A model generated the notes under the pieces. That model was not told the DNA's origin. It did not search any database and worked only from the letters and a program-made list of their open reading frames with translations. Of a stretch of DNA of 64,000 nt, positions 29,241 to 44,200 are shown in pieces. Both the position numbers and the translations under genes were made by a program. The stretch's first letter is position 1. Every line of letters begins with the position of its first letter. Source of the stretch: Auanema rhodensis (Eukaryota; Animalia; Nematoda). Location of the stretch: NCBI GenBank assembly GCA_964057225.1, contig OZ059900.1:1240001-1304000 (forward strand). Direction: 5' to 3'.

Positions 29241-32200
29241 TGAGAATCAAACATACAATACACGAAATCAGTCTATTTTTATGAGCTTGCACTGATATAT
29301 ATTCATTTTGATCAAAAAAGGTCGAAAATAGAAAGAATTTTTGAAATTTACGAGTTTTGAGTCTAATTTGGCTAAATCGCTCATATATATGATCAGAAGC
29401 ATAGTTTTATTGTCTATGACAACAAAAGTCTTCAATTAAACGCTTGTGATGTTTTAATACTGAATTTCGCTCAAATAGCATTACTACACTAAGTATGGTC
29501 GTTTTTATGCCTTTAACACCATATACTCACCGATTTTTGGTACAAAAGCTGTAATACTTGTAAATTTTGATCATATTCGTTAAGATTCGAGAATCAAACA
29601 CATAATACACGAAATAAGTCTATTTTTATGAGTTTGCACTGATATTTATTCATTTTGATCAAAAAAGGTCGAAAATAGAAAGAACTTTTGAAATTTCCGA
29701 GTTTTGAGTCTAATTTGGCTAAATCGCTCATATATATGATCAGAAGCATAGTTTTATTGTCTATGACAACAAAAATCATCAATTAAACGCTAGTGATGTT
29801 TAAATACTGATTTTCGCTCAAATAGCATTACTACACTAAGTATGGTCGTTTTTATGCCTTTAACACCATATACTCACCGATTTTTGGTACAAAATCTGTA
29901 ATACTTGTAAATTTTGATCATATTCGTTAAGATTTGAGAATTAAACATACAATACACAAAATCAGTCTATTTTTATGAGCTTGCACTGATATATATTCAC
30001 TTTGATCAAAAAAGGTCGAAAATAGAAAGAATTTTTGAAATTTCCGAGTTTTGAGTCTAATTTGGCTAAATCGCTCATATAGTATATGATCAGAAGCATA
30101 GTTTTATTGTCTATGACAACAAAAATCATCAATTAAACGCTAGTGATGTTTAAATACTGATTTTCGCTCAAATAGCATTACTACACTAAGTATGGTCGTT
30201 TTTATGCCTTTAACACCATATACTCACCGATTTTTGGTACAAAATCTGTAATACTTGTAAATTTTGATCATATTCGTTAAGATTCGAGAATCAAACACAT
30301 AATACACGAAATAAGTCTATTTTTACAAGTTTGCACTGATATTTATTCATTTTGATCAAAAAAGATCGAAAATAGAAAGAATTTTTGAAATTTCCGAGTT
30401 TTGAGTCCAATTTGGCTAAATCGCTCATATATATGATCAAAAGCATAGTTTTATTGTCTATAACAACAAAAGTCATCAATTAAACGCTAGTGATGTTTAA
30501 ATACTGAATTTCACTCAAATAGCATTACTACACTAAGTATGGTCGTTTTTATGCCTTTAACACCATATACTCACCGATTTTTGGTACAAAATCTGTGATA
30601 CTCGTAAATTTTGATCATATTCGGTGAGATTCGAGAATCAAACACACAATACACGAAATAAGTTTACTTTTACGAGTTTGCACTGATATTTATTCATTTT
30701 GATCAAAAAAGGTCGAAAATAGAAAGAATTTTTGAAATTTCCGAGTTTTGAGTCTAATTTGGCTAAATCGCTCATATATATGATCAAAAGCATAGTTTCA
30801 TTGTCTATGACAACAAAAGTCATCAATTAAACGCTAGTGATGTTTAAATACTGAATTTCGCTCAAATAGCATTACTACACTAAGTATGGTCGTTTTTATG
30901 CCTTTAACACCATATACTCACCGATTTTTGGTACAAAATCTGTAATACTCGTAAATTTTGATCATATTCGTTAAGATTTGAGAATCAAACATACAATACA
31001 CAAAATCAGTCTTTTTTATGAGCTTGCACTGATATATATTCATTTTGATCAAAAAAGGTCGAAAATAGAAAGAATTTTTGAAATTTACGAGTTTTGAGTC
31101 TAATTTGGCTAAATCGCTCATATATATGATCAGAAGCATAGTTTTATTGTCTATGACAACAAAAGCCATTAATTAAACACTAATGATGTTTAAATCACTA
31201 AATTTCGCTCAAATAGCATTACTACACTAAGTATGGTCGTTTTTATGCCTTTAACACCATATACTCACCGATTTTTGGTACAAAATCTGTAATACTTGTA
31301 AATTTTGATCATATTCGTTAAGATTCGAGAATCAAATACATAATACACGAAATAAGTCTATTTTTATGAGTTTGCACTGATATTTATTCATTTTGATCAA
31401 AAAAGGTCGAAAATAGAAAGAATTTTTGAATTTTCCGAGTTTTGAGTCCAATTGGGCTAAATCGCTCATATATATGATCAAAAGCAAAGTTTTACTGTCT
31501 ATGATAACAAAAGTCTTCAAATATACACTAATAATCTGTAAATCACTGAATTTCACTCAAATAGCTTTACTACACTAAGTATGGTCGTTTTTATGCCTTT
31601 AACACCATATACTCACCGATTTTTGGTACAAAATCTGTAATACTCGTAAATTTTGATCATATTCGTTTAGATTTGAGAATCAAACATACAATACACAAAA
31701 TCAGTCTATTTTTATGAGCTTGCACTGATATATATTCATTTTGATCAAAAAAGGTCGAAAATAGAAAGAATTTTTGAATTTTCCGAGTTTTGAGTCCAAT
31801 TTGGCTAAATCGCTCATATATATGATCAAAAGCATAGTTTTATTGTCTATAACAACAAAAGTCATCAATTAAACGCTAGTGATGTTTTAATACTGAATTT
31901 CGCTCAAATAGCATTACTACACTAAGTATGGTCGTTTTTATGCCTTTAACACCATATACTCACCGATTTTTGGTACAAAATCTGTGATACTCGTAAATTT
32001 TGATCATATTCGGTGAGATTCGAGAATCAAACACACAATACACGAAATAAGTTTATTTTGACGAGTTTGCACTGATATTTATTCATTTTGATCAAAAAAG
32101 GTCGAAAATAGAAAGATTTTTTGAAATTTCCGAGTTTTGAGTCTAATTTGGCTAAATCGCTCATATATATGATCAGAAGCATAGATGTATTGTCTATGAC

Positions 32201-35200
32201 AACAAAAGTTATTGATTGAACACTAATGATGTTTAAATCACTGAATTTCGCTCAAATAGCATTACTACACTAAGGATGGTCGTTTTTATGCCTTTAACAC
32301 CATATACTCACCGATTTTTGGTACAAAATCTGTGATACTCGTAAATTTTGATCATTTCCGTTAAGATTCAAAAATCAAACACACAATACACGAAATAAGT
32401 TCATTTTTACAAGTTTGCACTGATATTTATTCATTTTGATCAAAAAAGGTCGAAAATAGAAAGAATTTTTGAAATTTACGAGTTTTGAGTCTAATTTGGC
32501 TAAATCGCTCATATATATGATCAGAAGCATAGTTTTATTGTCTATGACAACAAAAGTCATTAATTAAACACTAATGATGTTTAAATACTGATTTTCGCTC
32601 AAATAGCATTACTACACTAAGTATGGTCGTTTTTATACCTTCAACACCATATACTCACCGATTTTTGGTACAAAATCTGTGATACTCGTAAATTTCGATC
32701 ATATTCGTTAAGATTCGAGAATCAAACACACAATACACGAAATGAGTTTATTTTCACGAGTTTGCACTGATATTTATTCATTTTGATCAAGAAAGGTCGA
32801 AAATAGAAAGAATTTTTGAATTTTCCGAGTTTTGAGTCCAATTGGGCTAAATCGCTCATATATATGATCAAAAGCATAGTTTTACTGTCTATGATAACAA
32901 AAGTCTTCAAATATACACTAGTAATGATTAAATCACTGAATTTCACTCAAATAGCATTACTACACTAAGTATGGTCGTTTTTATGCCTTTAACACCATAT
33001 ACTCACCGATTTTTGGTACAAAATCTGTAATACTTGTAAATTTCGATCATATTCGTTAAGATTTGAGAATCAAACACATAATACACGGAATAAGTCTATT
33101 TTTACAAGTTTGCACTGATATTTATTCATTTTGATCAAAAAAGGTCGAAAATAGAAAGAATTTTTGAAATTTCCGAGTTTTGAGTCCAATTTGGCTAAAT
33201 CGCTCATATATATGATCAAAAGCATAGTTCTATTGTCTATAACAACAAAAGTCTTCAATTAAACGCTAGTGATGTTTAAATACTGAATTTCGCTCAAATA
33301 GCATTACTACACTAAGTATGGTCGTTTTTATGCCTTTAACACCATATACTCACCGATTTTTGGTACAAAATCTGTAATACTCGTAAGTTTTGATCATATT
33401 CGTTAAGATTTGAGAATCAAACATACAATACACGAAATGAGTTTATTTTCACGAGTTTGCACTGATATATATTCATTTTGATCAAAAAAGGTCGAAAATA
33501 GAAAGAATTTTTGAAATTTCCGAGTTTTGAGTCTAATTTGGCTAAATCGCTCATATATATGATCAGAAGCATAGTTTTATTGTCTATGACAACAAAAGTC
33601 ATTAATTGAACACTAATGATGTTTAAATCACTGAATTTCACTCAAATAGCATTACTACACTAAGTATGGTCGTTTTTATGCCTTTAACACCATATACTCA
33701 CCGATTTTTGGTACAAAATCTGTAATACTTGTAAATTTCGATCATATTCGTTAAGATTTGAGAATCAAACACATAATACACGAAATAAGTCTATTTTTAC
33801 AAGTTTGCACTGATATTTATTCATTTTGATCAAAAAAGGTCGAAAATAGAAAGAATTTTTGAAATTTCCGAGTTTTGAGTCCAATTTGGCTAAATCGCTC
33901 ATATATATGATCAAAAGCATAGTTTTACTGTCTATGATAACAAAAGTCTTCAAATATACACTAATAATGTGTAAATCACTGAATTTCACTCAAATAGCTT
34001 TACTACACTAAGTATGGTCGTTTTTATGCCTTTAACACCATATACTCACCGATTTTTGGTACAAAATCTGTAATACTCGTAAATTTTGATCATATTCGTT
34101 AAGATTTGAGAATCAAACATACAATTCACGAAATCAGTCTATTTTTATGAGCTTGCACTGATATATATTCATTTTGATCAAAAAAGGTCGAAAATAGAAA
34201 GAATTTTTGAAATTTACGAGTTTTGAGTCTAATTTGGCTAAATCGCTCATATATATGATCAGAAGCATAGTTTTATTGTCTATGACAACAAAAGTCATTA
34301 ATTAAACACTAATAATGTTTAAATCACTAAATTTCGCTCAAATAGCATTACTACACTAAGTATGGTCGTTTTTATGCCTTTAACACCATATACTCACCGA
34401 TTTTTGGTACAAAATCTGTAATACTTGTAAATTTTGATCATATTCGTTAAGATTCGAGAATCAAACATACAATACACGAAATAAGTTTACTTTTACGAGT
34501 TTGCACTGATATTTATTCATTTTGATCAAAAAAGGTCGAAAATAGAAAGAATTTTTGAAATTTCCGAGTTTTGAGTCTAATTTGGCTAAATCGCTCATAT
34601 ATATGATCAAAAGCATAGTTTCATTGTCTATGACAACAAAAGTCATCAATTAAACGCTAGTGATGTTTAAATACTGAATTTCGCTCAAATAGCATTACTA
34701 CACTAAGTATGGTCGTTTTTATGCCTTTAACACCATATACTCACCGATTTTTGGTACAAAATCTGTAATACTCGTAAATTTTGATCATATTCGTTAAGAT
34801 TTGAGAATCAAACATACAATACACAAAATCAGTCTTTTTTATGAGCTTGCACTGATATATATTCATTTTGATCAAAAAAGGTCGAAAATAGAAAGAATTT
34901 TTGAAATTTACGAGTTTTGAGTCTAATTTGGCTAAATCGCTCATATATATGATCAGAAGCATAGTTTTATTGTCTATGACAACAAAAGCCATTAATTAAA
35001 CACTAATGATGTTTAAATCACTAAATTTCGCTCAAATAGCATTACTACACTAAGTATGGTCGTTTTTATGCCTTTAACACCATATACTCACCGATTTTTG
35101 GTACAAAATCTGTAATACTTGTAAATTTTGATCATATTCGTTAAGATTCGAGAATCAAATACATAATACACGAAATAAGTCTATTTTTATGAGTTTGCAC

Positions 35201-38200
35201 TGATATTTATTCATTTTGATCAAAAAAGGTCGAAAATAGAAAGAATTTTTGAATTTTCCGAGTTTTGAGTCCAATTGGGCTAAATCGCTCATATATATGA
35301 TCAAAAGCAAAGTTTTACTGTCTATGATAACAAAAGTCTTCAAATATACACTAATAATCTGTAAATCACTGAATTTCACTCAAATAGCTTTACTACACTA
35401 AGTATGGTCGTTTTTATGCCTTTAACACCATATACTCACCGATTTTTGGTACAAAATCTGTAATACTCGTAAATTTTGATCATATTCGTTTAGATTTGAG
35501 AATCAAACATACAATACACAAAATCAGTCTATTTTTATGAGCTTGCACTGATATATATTCATTTTGATCAAAAAAGGTCGAAAATAGAAAGAATTTTTGA
35601 ATTTTCCGAGTTTTGAGTCCAATTTGGCTAAATCGCTCATATATATGATCAAAAGCATAGTTTTATTGTCTATAACAACAAAAGTCATCAATTAAACGCT
35701 AGTGATGTTTTAATACTGAATTTCGCTCAAATAGCATTACTACACTAAGTATGGTCGTTTTTATGCCTTTAACACCATATACTCACCGATTTTTGGTACA
35801 AAATCTGTGATACTCGTAAATTTTGATCATATTCGGTGAGATTCGAGAATCAAACACACAATACACGAAATAAGTTTATTTTGACGAGTTTGCACTGATA
35901 TTTATTCATTTTGATCAAAAAAGGTCGAAAATAGAAAGATTTTTTGAAATTTCCGAGTTTTGAGTCTAATTTGGCTAAATCGCTCATATATATGATCAGA
36001 AGCATAGATGTATTGTCTATGACAACAAAAGTTATTGATTGAACACTAATGATGTTTAAATCACTGAATTTCGCTCAAATAGCATTACTACACTAAGGAT
36101 GGTCGTTTTTATGCCTTTAACACCATATACTCACCGATTTTTGGTACAAAATCTGTGATACTCGTAAATTTTGATCATTTCCGTTAAGATTCAAAAATCA
36201 AACACACAATACACGAAATAAGTTCATTTTTACAAGTTTGCACTGATATTTATTCATTTTGATCAAAAAAGGTCGAAAATAGAAAGAATTTTTGAAATTT
36301 ACGAGTTTTGAGTCTAATTTGGCTAAATCGCTCATATATATGATCAGAAGCATAGTTTTATTGTCTATGACAACAAAAGTCATTAATTAAACACTAATGA
36401 TGTTTAAATACTGATTTTCGCTCAAATAGCATTACTACACTAAGTATGGTCGTTTTTATACCTTCAACACCATATACTCACCGATTTTTGGTACAAAATC
36501 TGTGATACTCGTAAATTTCGATCATATTCGTTAAGATTCGAGAATCAAACACACAATACACGAAATGAGTTTATTTTCACGAGTTTGCACTGATATTTAT
36601 TCATTTTGATCAAGAAAGGTCGAAAATAGAAAGAATTTTTGAATTTTCCGAGTTTTGAGTCCAATTGGGCTAAATCGCTCATATATATGATCAAAAGCAT
36701 AGTTTTACTGTCTATGATAACAAAAGTCTTCAAATATACACTAGTAATGATTAAATCACTGAATTTCACTCAAATAGCATTACTACACTAAGTATGGTCG
36801 TTTTTATGCCTTTAACACCATATACTCACCGATTTTTGGTACAAAATCTGTAATACTTGTAAATTTCGATCATATTCGTTAAGATTTGAGAATCAAACAC
36901 ATAATACACGGAATAAGTCTATTTTTACAAGTTTGCACTGATATTTATTCATTTTGATCAAAAAAGGTCGAAAATAGAAAGAATTTTTGAAATTTCCGAG
37001 TTTTGAGTCCAATTTGGCTAAATCGCTCATATATATGATCAAAAGCATAGTTCTATTGTCTATAACAACAAAAGTCTTCAATTAAACGCTAGTGATGTTT
37101 AAATACTGAATTTCGCTCAAATAGCATTACTACACTAAGTATGGTCGTTTTTATGCCTTTAACACCATATACTCACCGATTTTTGGTACAAAATCTGTAA
37201 TACTCGTAAGTTTTGATCATATTCGTTAAGATTTGAGAATCAAACATACAATACACGAAATGAGTTTATTTTCACGAGTTTGCACTGATATATATTCATT
37301 TTGATCAAAAAAGGTCGAAAATAGAAAGAATTTTTGAAATTTCCGAGTTTTGAGTCTAATTTGGCTAAATCGCTCATATATATGATCAGAAGCATAGTTT
37401 TATTGTCTATGACAACAAAAGTCATTAATTGAACACTAATGATGTTTAAATCACTGAATTTCACTCAAATAGCATTACTACACTAAGTATGGTCGTTTTT
37501 ATGCCTTTAACACCATATACTCACCGATTTTTGGTACAAAATCTGTAATACTTGTAAATTTCGATCATATTCGTTAAGATTTGAGAATCAAACACATAAT
37601 ACACGAAATAAGTCTATTTTTACAAGTTTGCACTGATATTTATTCATTTTGATCAAAAAAGGTCGAAAATAGAAAGAATTTTTGAAATTTCCGAGTTTTG
37701 AGTCCAATTTGGCTAAATCGCTCATATATATGATCAAAAGCATAGTTTTACTGTCTATGATAACAAAAGTCTTCAAATATACACTAATAATGTGTAAATC
37801 ACTGAATTTCACTCAAATAGCTTTACTACACTAAGTATGGTCGTTTTTATGCCTTTAACACCATATACTCACCGATTTTTGGTACAAAATCTGTAATACT
37901 CGTAAATTTTGATCATATTCGTTAAGATTTGAGAATCAAACATACAATTCACGAAATCAGTCTATTTTTATGAGCTTGCACTGATATATATTCATTTTGA
38001 TCAAAAAAGGTCGAAAATAGAAAGAATTTTTGAAATTTACGAGTTTTGAGTCTAATTTGGCTAAATCGCTCATATATATGATCAGAAGCATAGTTTTATT
38101 GTCTATGACAACAAAAGTCATTAATTAAACACTAATAATGTTTAAATCACTAAATTTCGCTCAAATAGCATTACTACACTAAGTATGGTCGTTTTTATGC

Positions 38201-41200
38201 CTTTAACACCATATACTCACCGATTTTTGGTACAAAATCTGTAATACTTGTAAATTTTGATCATATTCGTTAAGATTCGAGAATCAAACATACAATTCAC
38301 GAAATCAGTCTATTTTTACGAGTTTGCACTGATATTTATTCATTTTGATCAAAAAAGGTCGAAAATAGAAAGATTTTTTGAAATTTCCGAGTTTTGAGTC
38401 TAATTTGGCTAAATCGCTCATATATATGATCAGAAGCAGAGATGTATTGTCTATGACAACAAAAGTCATTGATTGAACACTAATGATGTTTAAATCACTG
38501 AATTTCGCTCAAATAGCATTACTACACTAAGGATGGTCGTTTTTATGCCTTTAACACCATATACTCACCGATTTTTGGTACAAAATCTGTAATACTTGTA
38601 AATTTCGATCAAATTCGTTAAGATTTGAGAATCAAACACATAATACACGAAATAAGTCTTTTTTTACAAGTTTGCACTGATATTTATTCATTTTGATCAA
38701 AAAAGGTCGAAAATAGAAAGAATTTTTGAAATTTACGAGTTTTGAGTCTAATTTGGCTAAATCGCTCATATATATGATCAGAAGCATAGTTTTATTGTCT
38801 ATGACAACAAAAGTCATTAATTAAACACTAATCATGTTTAAATACTGATTTTCGCTCAAATAGCATTACTACACTAAGTATGGTCGTTTTTATACCTTCA
38901 ACACCATATACTCACCGATTTTTGGTACAAAATCTGTGATACTCGTAAATTTCGATCATATTCGTTAAGATTTGAGAATCAAACACACAATACACGAAAT
39001 GAGTTCATTTTCACGAGTTTGCACTGATATTTATTCATTTTGATCAAAAAAGGTCGAAAATAGAAAGAATTTTTGAATTTTCCGAGTTTTGAGTCCAATT
39101 GGGCTAAATCGCTCATATATATGATCAAAAGCATAGTTTTACTGTCTATGATAACAAAAGTCTTCAAATATACACTAGTAATGATTAAATCACTGAATTT
39201 CACTCAAATAGCATTACTATACTAAGTATGGTCGTTTTTATGCCTTTAACACCATATACTCACCGATTTTTGGTACAAAATCTGTAATACTTGTAAATTT
39301 CGATCATATTCGTTAAGATTTGAGAATCAAACACATAATACACGAAATAAGTCTATTTTTACAAGTTTGCACTGATATTTATTCATTTTGATCAAAAAAG
39401 GTCGAAAATAGAAAGAATTTTTGAAATTTCCGAGTTTTGAGTCCAATTTGGCTAAATCGCTCATATATATGATCAAAAGCATAGTTCTATTGTCTATAAC
39501 AACAAAAGTCTTCAATTAAACGCTAGTGATGTTTTAATACTGAATTTCGCTCAAATAGCATTACTACACTAAGTATGGTCGTTTTTATGCCTTTAACACC
39601 ATATACTCACCGATTTTTGGTACAAAATCTGTAATACTCGTAAATTTTGATCATATTCGTTAAGATTTGAGAATCAAACATACAATACACGAAATCAGTC
39701 TATTTTTATGAGCTTGCACTGATATATATTCATTTTGATCAAAAAAGGTCGAAAATAGAAAGAATTTTTGAAATTTACGAGTTTTGAGTCTAATTTGGCT
39801 AAATCGCTCATATATATGATCAGAAGCATAGTTTTATTGTCTATGACAACAAAAGTCATTAATTAAACACTAATAATGTTTAAATCACTAAATTTCGCTC
39901 AAATAGCATTACTACACTAAGTATGGTCGTTTTTATGCCTTTAACACCATATACTCACCGATTTTTGGTACAAAATCTGTAATACTCGTAAATTTTGATC
40001 ATATTCGTTAAGATTTGAGAATCAAACATACAATACACGAAATCAGTCTATTTTTATGAGCTTGCACTGATATATATTCATTTTGATCAAAAAAGGTCGA
40101 AAATAGAAAGAATTTTTGAAATTTACGAGTTTTGAGTCTAATTTGGCTAAATCGCTCATATATATGATCAGAAGCATAGTTTTATTGTCTATGACAACAA
40201 AAGTCATTAATTAAACACTAATAATGTTTAAATCACTAAATTTCGCTCAAATAGCATTACTACACTAAGTATGGTCGTTTTTATGCCTTTAACACCATAT
40301 ACTCACCGATTTTTGGTACAAAATCTGTAATACTTGTAAATTTTGATCATATTCGTTAAGATTCGAGAATCAAACACATAATACACGAAATAAGTCTATT
40401 TTTATGAGTTTGCACTGATATTTATTCATTTTGATCAAAAAAGGTCGAAAATAGAAAGAATTTTTGAAATTTCCGAGTTTTGAGTCCAATTTGGCTAAAT
40501 CGCTCATATATATGATCAGAAGCATAGTTTTATTGTCTATGACAACAAAAATCATCAATTAAACGCTAGTGATGTTTAAATACTGATTTTCGCTCAAATA
40601 GCATTACTACACTAAGTATGGTCGTTTTTATGCCTTTAACACCATATACTCACCGATTTTTGGTACAAAATCTGTAATACTTGTAAATTTTGATCATATT
40701 TGTTAAGATTTGAGAATCAAACATACAATACACAAAATCAGTCTATTTTTATGAGCTTGCACTGATATATATTCATTTTGATCAAAAAAGGTCGAAAATA
40801 GAAAGATTTTTTGAAATTTCCGAGTTTTGAGTCTAATTTGGCTAAATCGCTCATATATATGATCAGAAGCAGAGATGTATTGTCTATGACAACAAAAGTC
40901 ATTGATTGAACACTAATGATGTTTAAATCACTGAATTTCGCTCAAATAGCATTACTACACTAAGGATGGTCGTTTTTATGCCTTTAACCCCATATACTCA
41001 CCGATTTTTGGTACAAAATCTGTAATACTTGTAAATTTCGATCAAATTCGTTAAGATTTGAGAATCAAACACATAATACACGAAATAAGTCTTTTTTTAC
41101 AAGTTTGCACTGATATTTATTCATTTTGATCAAAAAAGGTCGAAAATAGAAAGAATTTTTGAAATTTACGAGTTTTGAGTCTAATTTGGCTAAATCGCTC

Positions 41201-44200
41201 ATATATATGATCAGAAGCATAGTTTTATTGTCTATGACAACAAAAATCATCAATTAAACGCTAGTGATGTTTAAATACTGATTTTCGCTCAAATAGCATT
41301 ACTACACTAAGTATGGTCGTTTTTATGCCTTTAACACCATATACTCACCGATTTTTGGTACAAAATCTGTAATACTTGTAAATTTTGATCATATTCGTTA
41401 AGATTCGAGAATCAAACACATAATACACGAAATAAGTCTATTTTTACAAGTTTGCACTGATATTTATTCATTTTGATCAAAAAAGATCGAAAATAGAAAG
41501 AATTTTTGAAATTTCCGAGTTTTGAGTCCAATTGGGCTAAATCGCTCATATATATGATCAAAAGCATAGTTTTACTGTCTATGATAACAAAAGTCTTCAA
41601 ATATACACTAGTAATGATTAAATCACTGAATTTCACTCAAATAGCATTACTACACTAAGTATGGTCGTTTTTATGCCTTTAACACCATATACTCACCGAT
41701 TTTTGGTACAAAATCTGTAATACTTGTAAATTTCGATCATATTCGTTAAGATTTGAGAATCAAACACATAATACACGAAATAAGTCTATTTTTACAAGTT
41801 TGCACTGATATTTATTCATTTTGATCAAAAAAGGTCGAAAATAGAAAGAATTTTTGAAATTTCCGAGTTTTGAGTCCAATTTGGCTAAATCGCTCATATA
41901 TATGATCAAAAGCATAGTTCTATTGTCTATAACAACAAAAGTCTTCAATTAAACGCTAGTGATGTTTTAATACTGAATTTCGCTCAAATAGCATTACTAC
42001 ACTAAGTATGGTCGTTTTTATGCCTTTAACACCATATACTCACCGATTTTTGGTACAAAATCTGTAATACTCGTAAATTTTGATCATATTCGTTAAGATT
42101 TGAGAATCAAACATACAATACACGAAATCAGTCTATTTTTATGAGCTTGCACTGATATATATTCATTTTGATCAAAAAAGGTCGAAAATAGAAAGAATTT
42201 TTGAAATTTACGAGTTTTGAGTCTAATTTGGCTAAATCGCTCATATATATGATCAGAAGCATAGTTTTATTGTCTATGACAACAAAAGTCTTCAATTAAA
42301 CGCTTGTGATGTTTTAATACTGAATTTCGCTCAAATAGCATTACTACACTAAGTATGGTCGTTTTTATGCCTTTAACACCATATACTCACCGATTTTTGG
42401 TACAAAAGCTGTAATACTTGTAAATTTTGATCATATTCGTTAAGATTCGAGAATCAAACACATAATACACAAAATAAGTCTATTTTTATGAGTTTGCACT
42501 GATATTTATTCATTTTGATCAAAAAAGATCGAAAATAGAAAGAATTTTTGAAATTTCCGAGTTTTGAGTCCAATTGGGCTAAATCGCTCATATATATGAT
42601 CAAAAGCATAGTTTTACTGTCTATGATAACAAAAGTCTTCAAATATACACTAGTAATGATTAAATCACTGAATTTCACTCAAATAGCATTACTACACTAA
42701 GTATGGTCGTTTTTATGCCTTTAACACCATATACTCACCGATTTTTGGTACAAAATCTGTAATACTTGTAAATTTCGATCATATTCGTTAAGATTTGAGA
42801 ATCAAACACATAATACACGAAATAAGTCTATTTTTACAAGTTTGCACTGATATTTATTCATTTTGATCAAAAAAGGTCGAAAATAGAAAGAATTTTTGAA
42901 ATTTCCGAGTTTTGAGTCCAATTTGGCTAAATCGCTCATATATATGATCAAAAGCATAGTTCTATTGTCTATAACAACAAAAGTCTTCAGTTAAACGCTA
43001 GTGATGTTTTAATACTGAATTTCGCTCAAATAGCATTACTACACTAAGTATGGTCGTTTTTATGCCTTTAACACCATATACTCACCGATTTTTGGTACAA
43101 AATCTGTAATACTCGTAAATTTTGATCATATTCGTTAAGATTTGAGAATCAAACATACAATACACGAAATCAGTCTATTTTTATGAGCTTGCACTGATAT
43201 ATATTCATTTTGATCAAAAAAGGTCGAAAATAGAAAGAATTTTTGAAATTTACGAGTTTTGAGTCTAATTTGGCTAAATCGCTCATATATATGATCAGAA
43301 GCATAGTTTTATTGTCTATGACAACAAAAGTCTTCAATTAAACGCTTGTGATGTTTTAATACTGAATTTCGCTCAAATAGCATTACTACACTAAGTATGG
43401 TCGTTTTTATGCCTTTAACACCATATACTCACCGATTTTTGGTACAAAATCTGTGATACTCGTAAATTTTGATCATATTCGGTGAGATTCGAGAATCAAA
43501 CACACAATACACGAAATAAGTTTATTTTGACGAGTTTGCACTGATATTTATTCATTTTGATCAAAAAAGGTCGAAAATAGAAAGATTTTTTGAAATTTCC
43601 GAGTTTTGAGTCTAATTTGGCTAAATCGCTCATATATATGATCAGAAGCAGAGATGTATTGTCTATGACAACAAAAGTCATTGATTGAACACTAATGATG
43701 TTTAAATCACTGAATTTCGCTCAAATAGCATTACTACACTAAGGATGGTCGTTTTTATGCCTTTAACCCCATATACTCACCGATTTTTGGTACAAAATCT
43801 GTAATACTTGTAAATTTCGATCAAATTCGTTAAGATTTGAGAATCAAACACATAATACACGAAATAAGTCTTTTTTTACAAGTTTGCACTGATATTTATT
43901 CATTTTGATCAAAAAAGGTCGAAAATAGAAAGAATTTTTGAAATTTACGAGTTTTGAGTCTAATTTGGCTAAATCGCTCATATATATGATCAGAAGCATA
44001 GTTTTATTGTCTATGACAACAAAAGTCATTAATTAAACACCAATGATGTTTAAATACTGATTTTCGCATAAATAGCATTACTACACTAAGTATGGTCGTT
44101 TTTATACCTTCAACACCATATACTCACCGATTTTTGGTACAAAATCTGTGATACTCGTAAATTTCGATCATATTCGTTAAGATTTGAGAATCAAACACAC

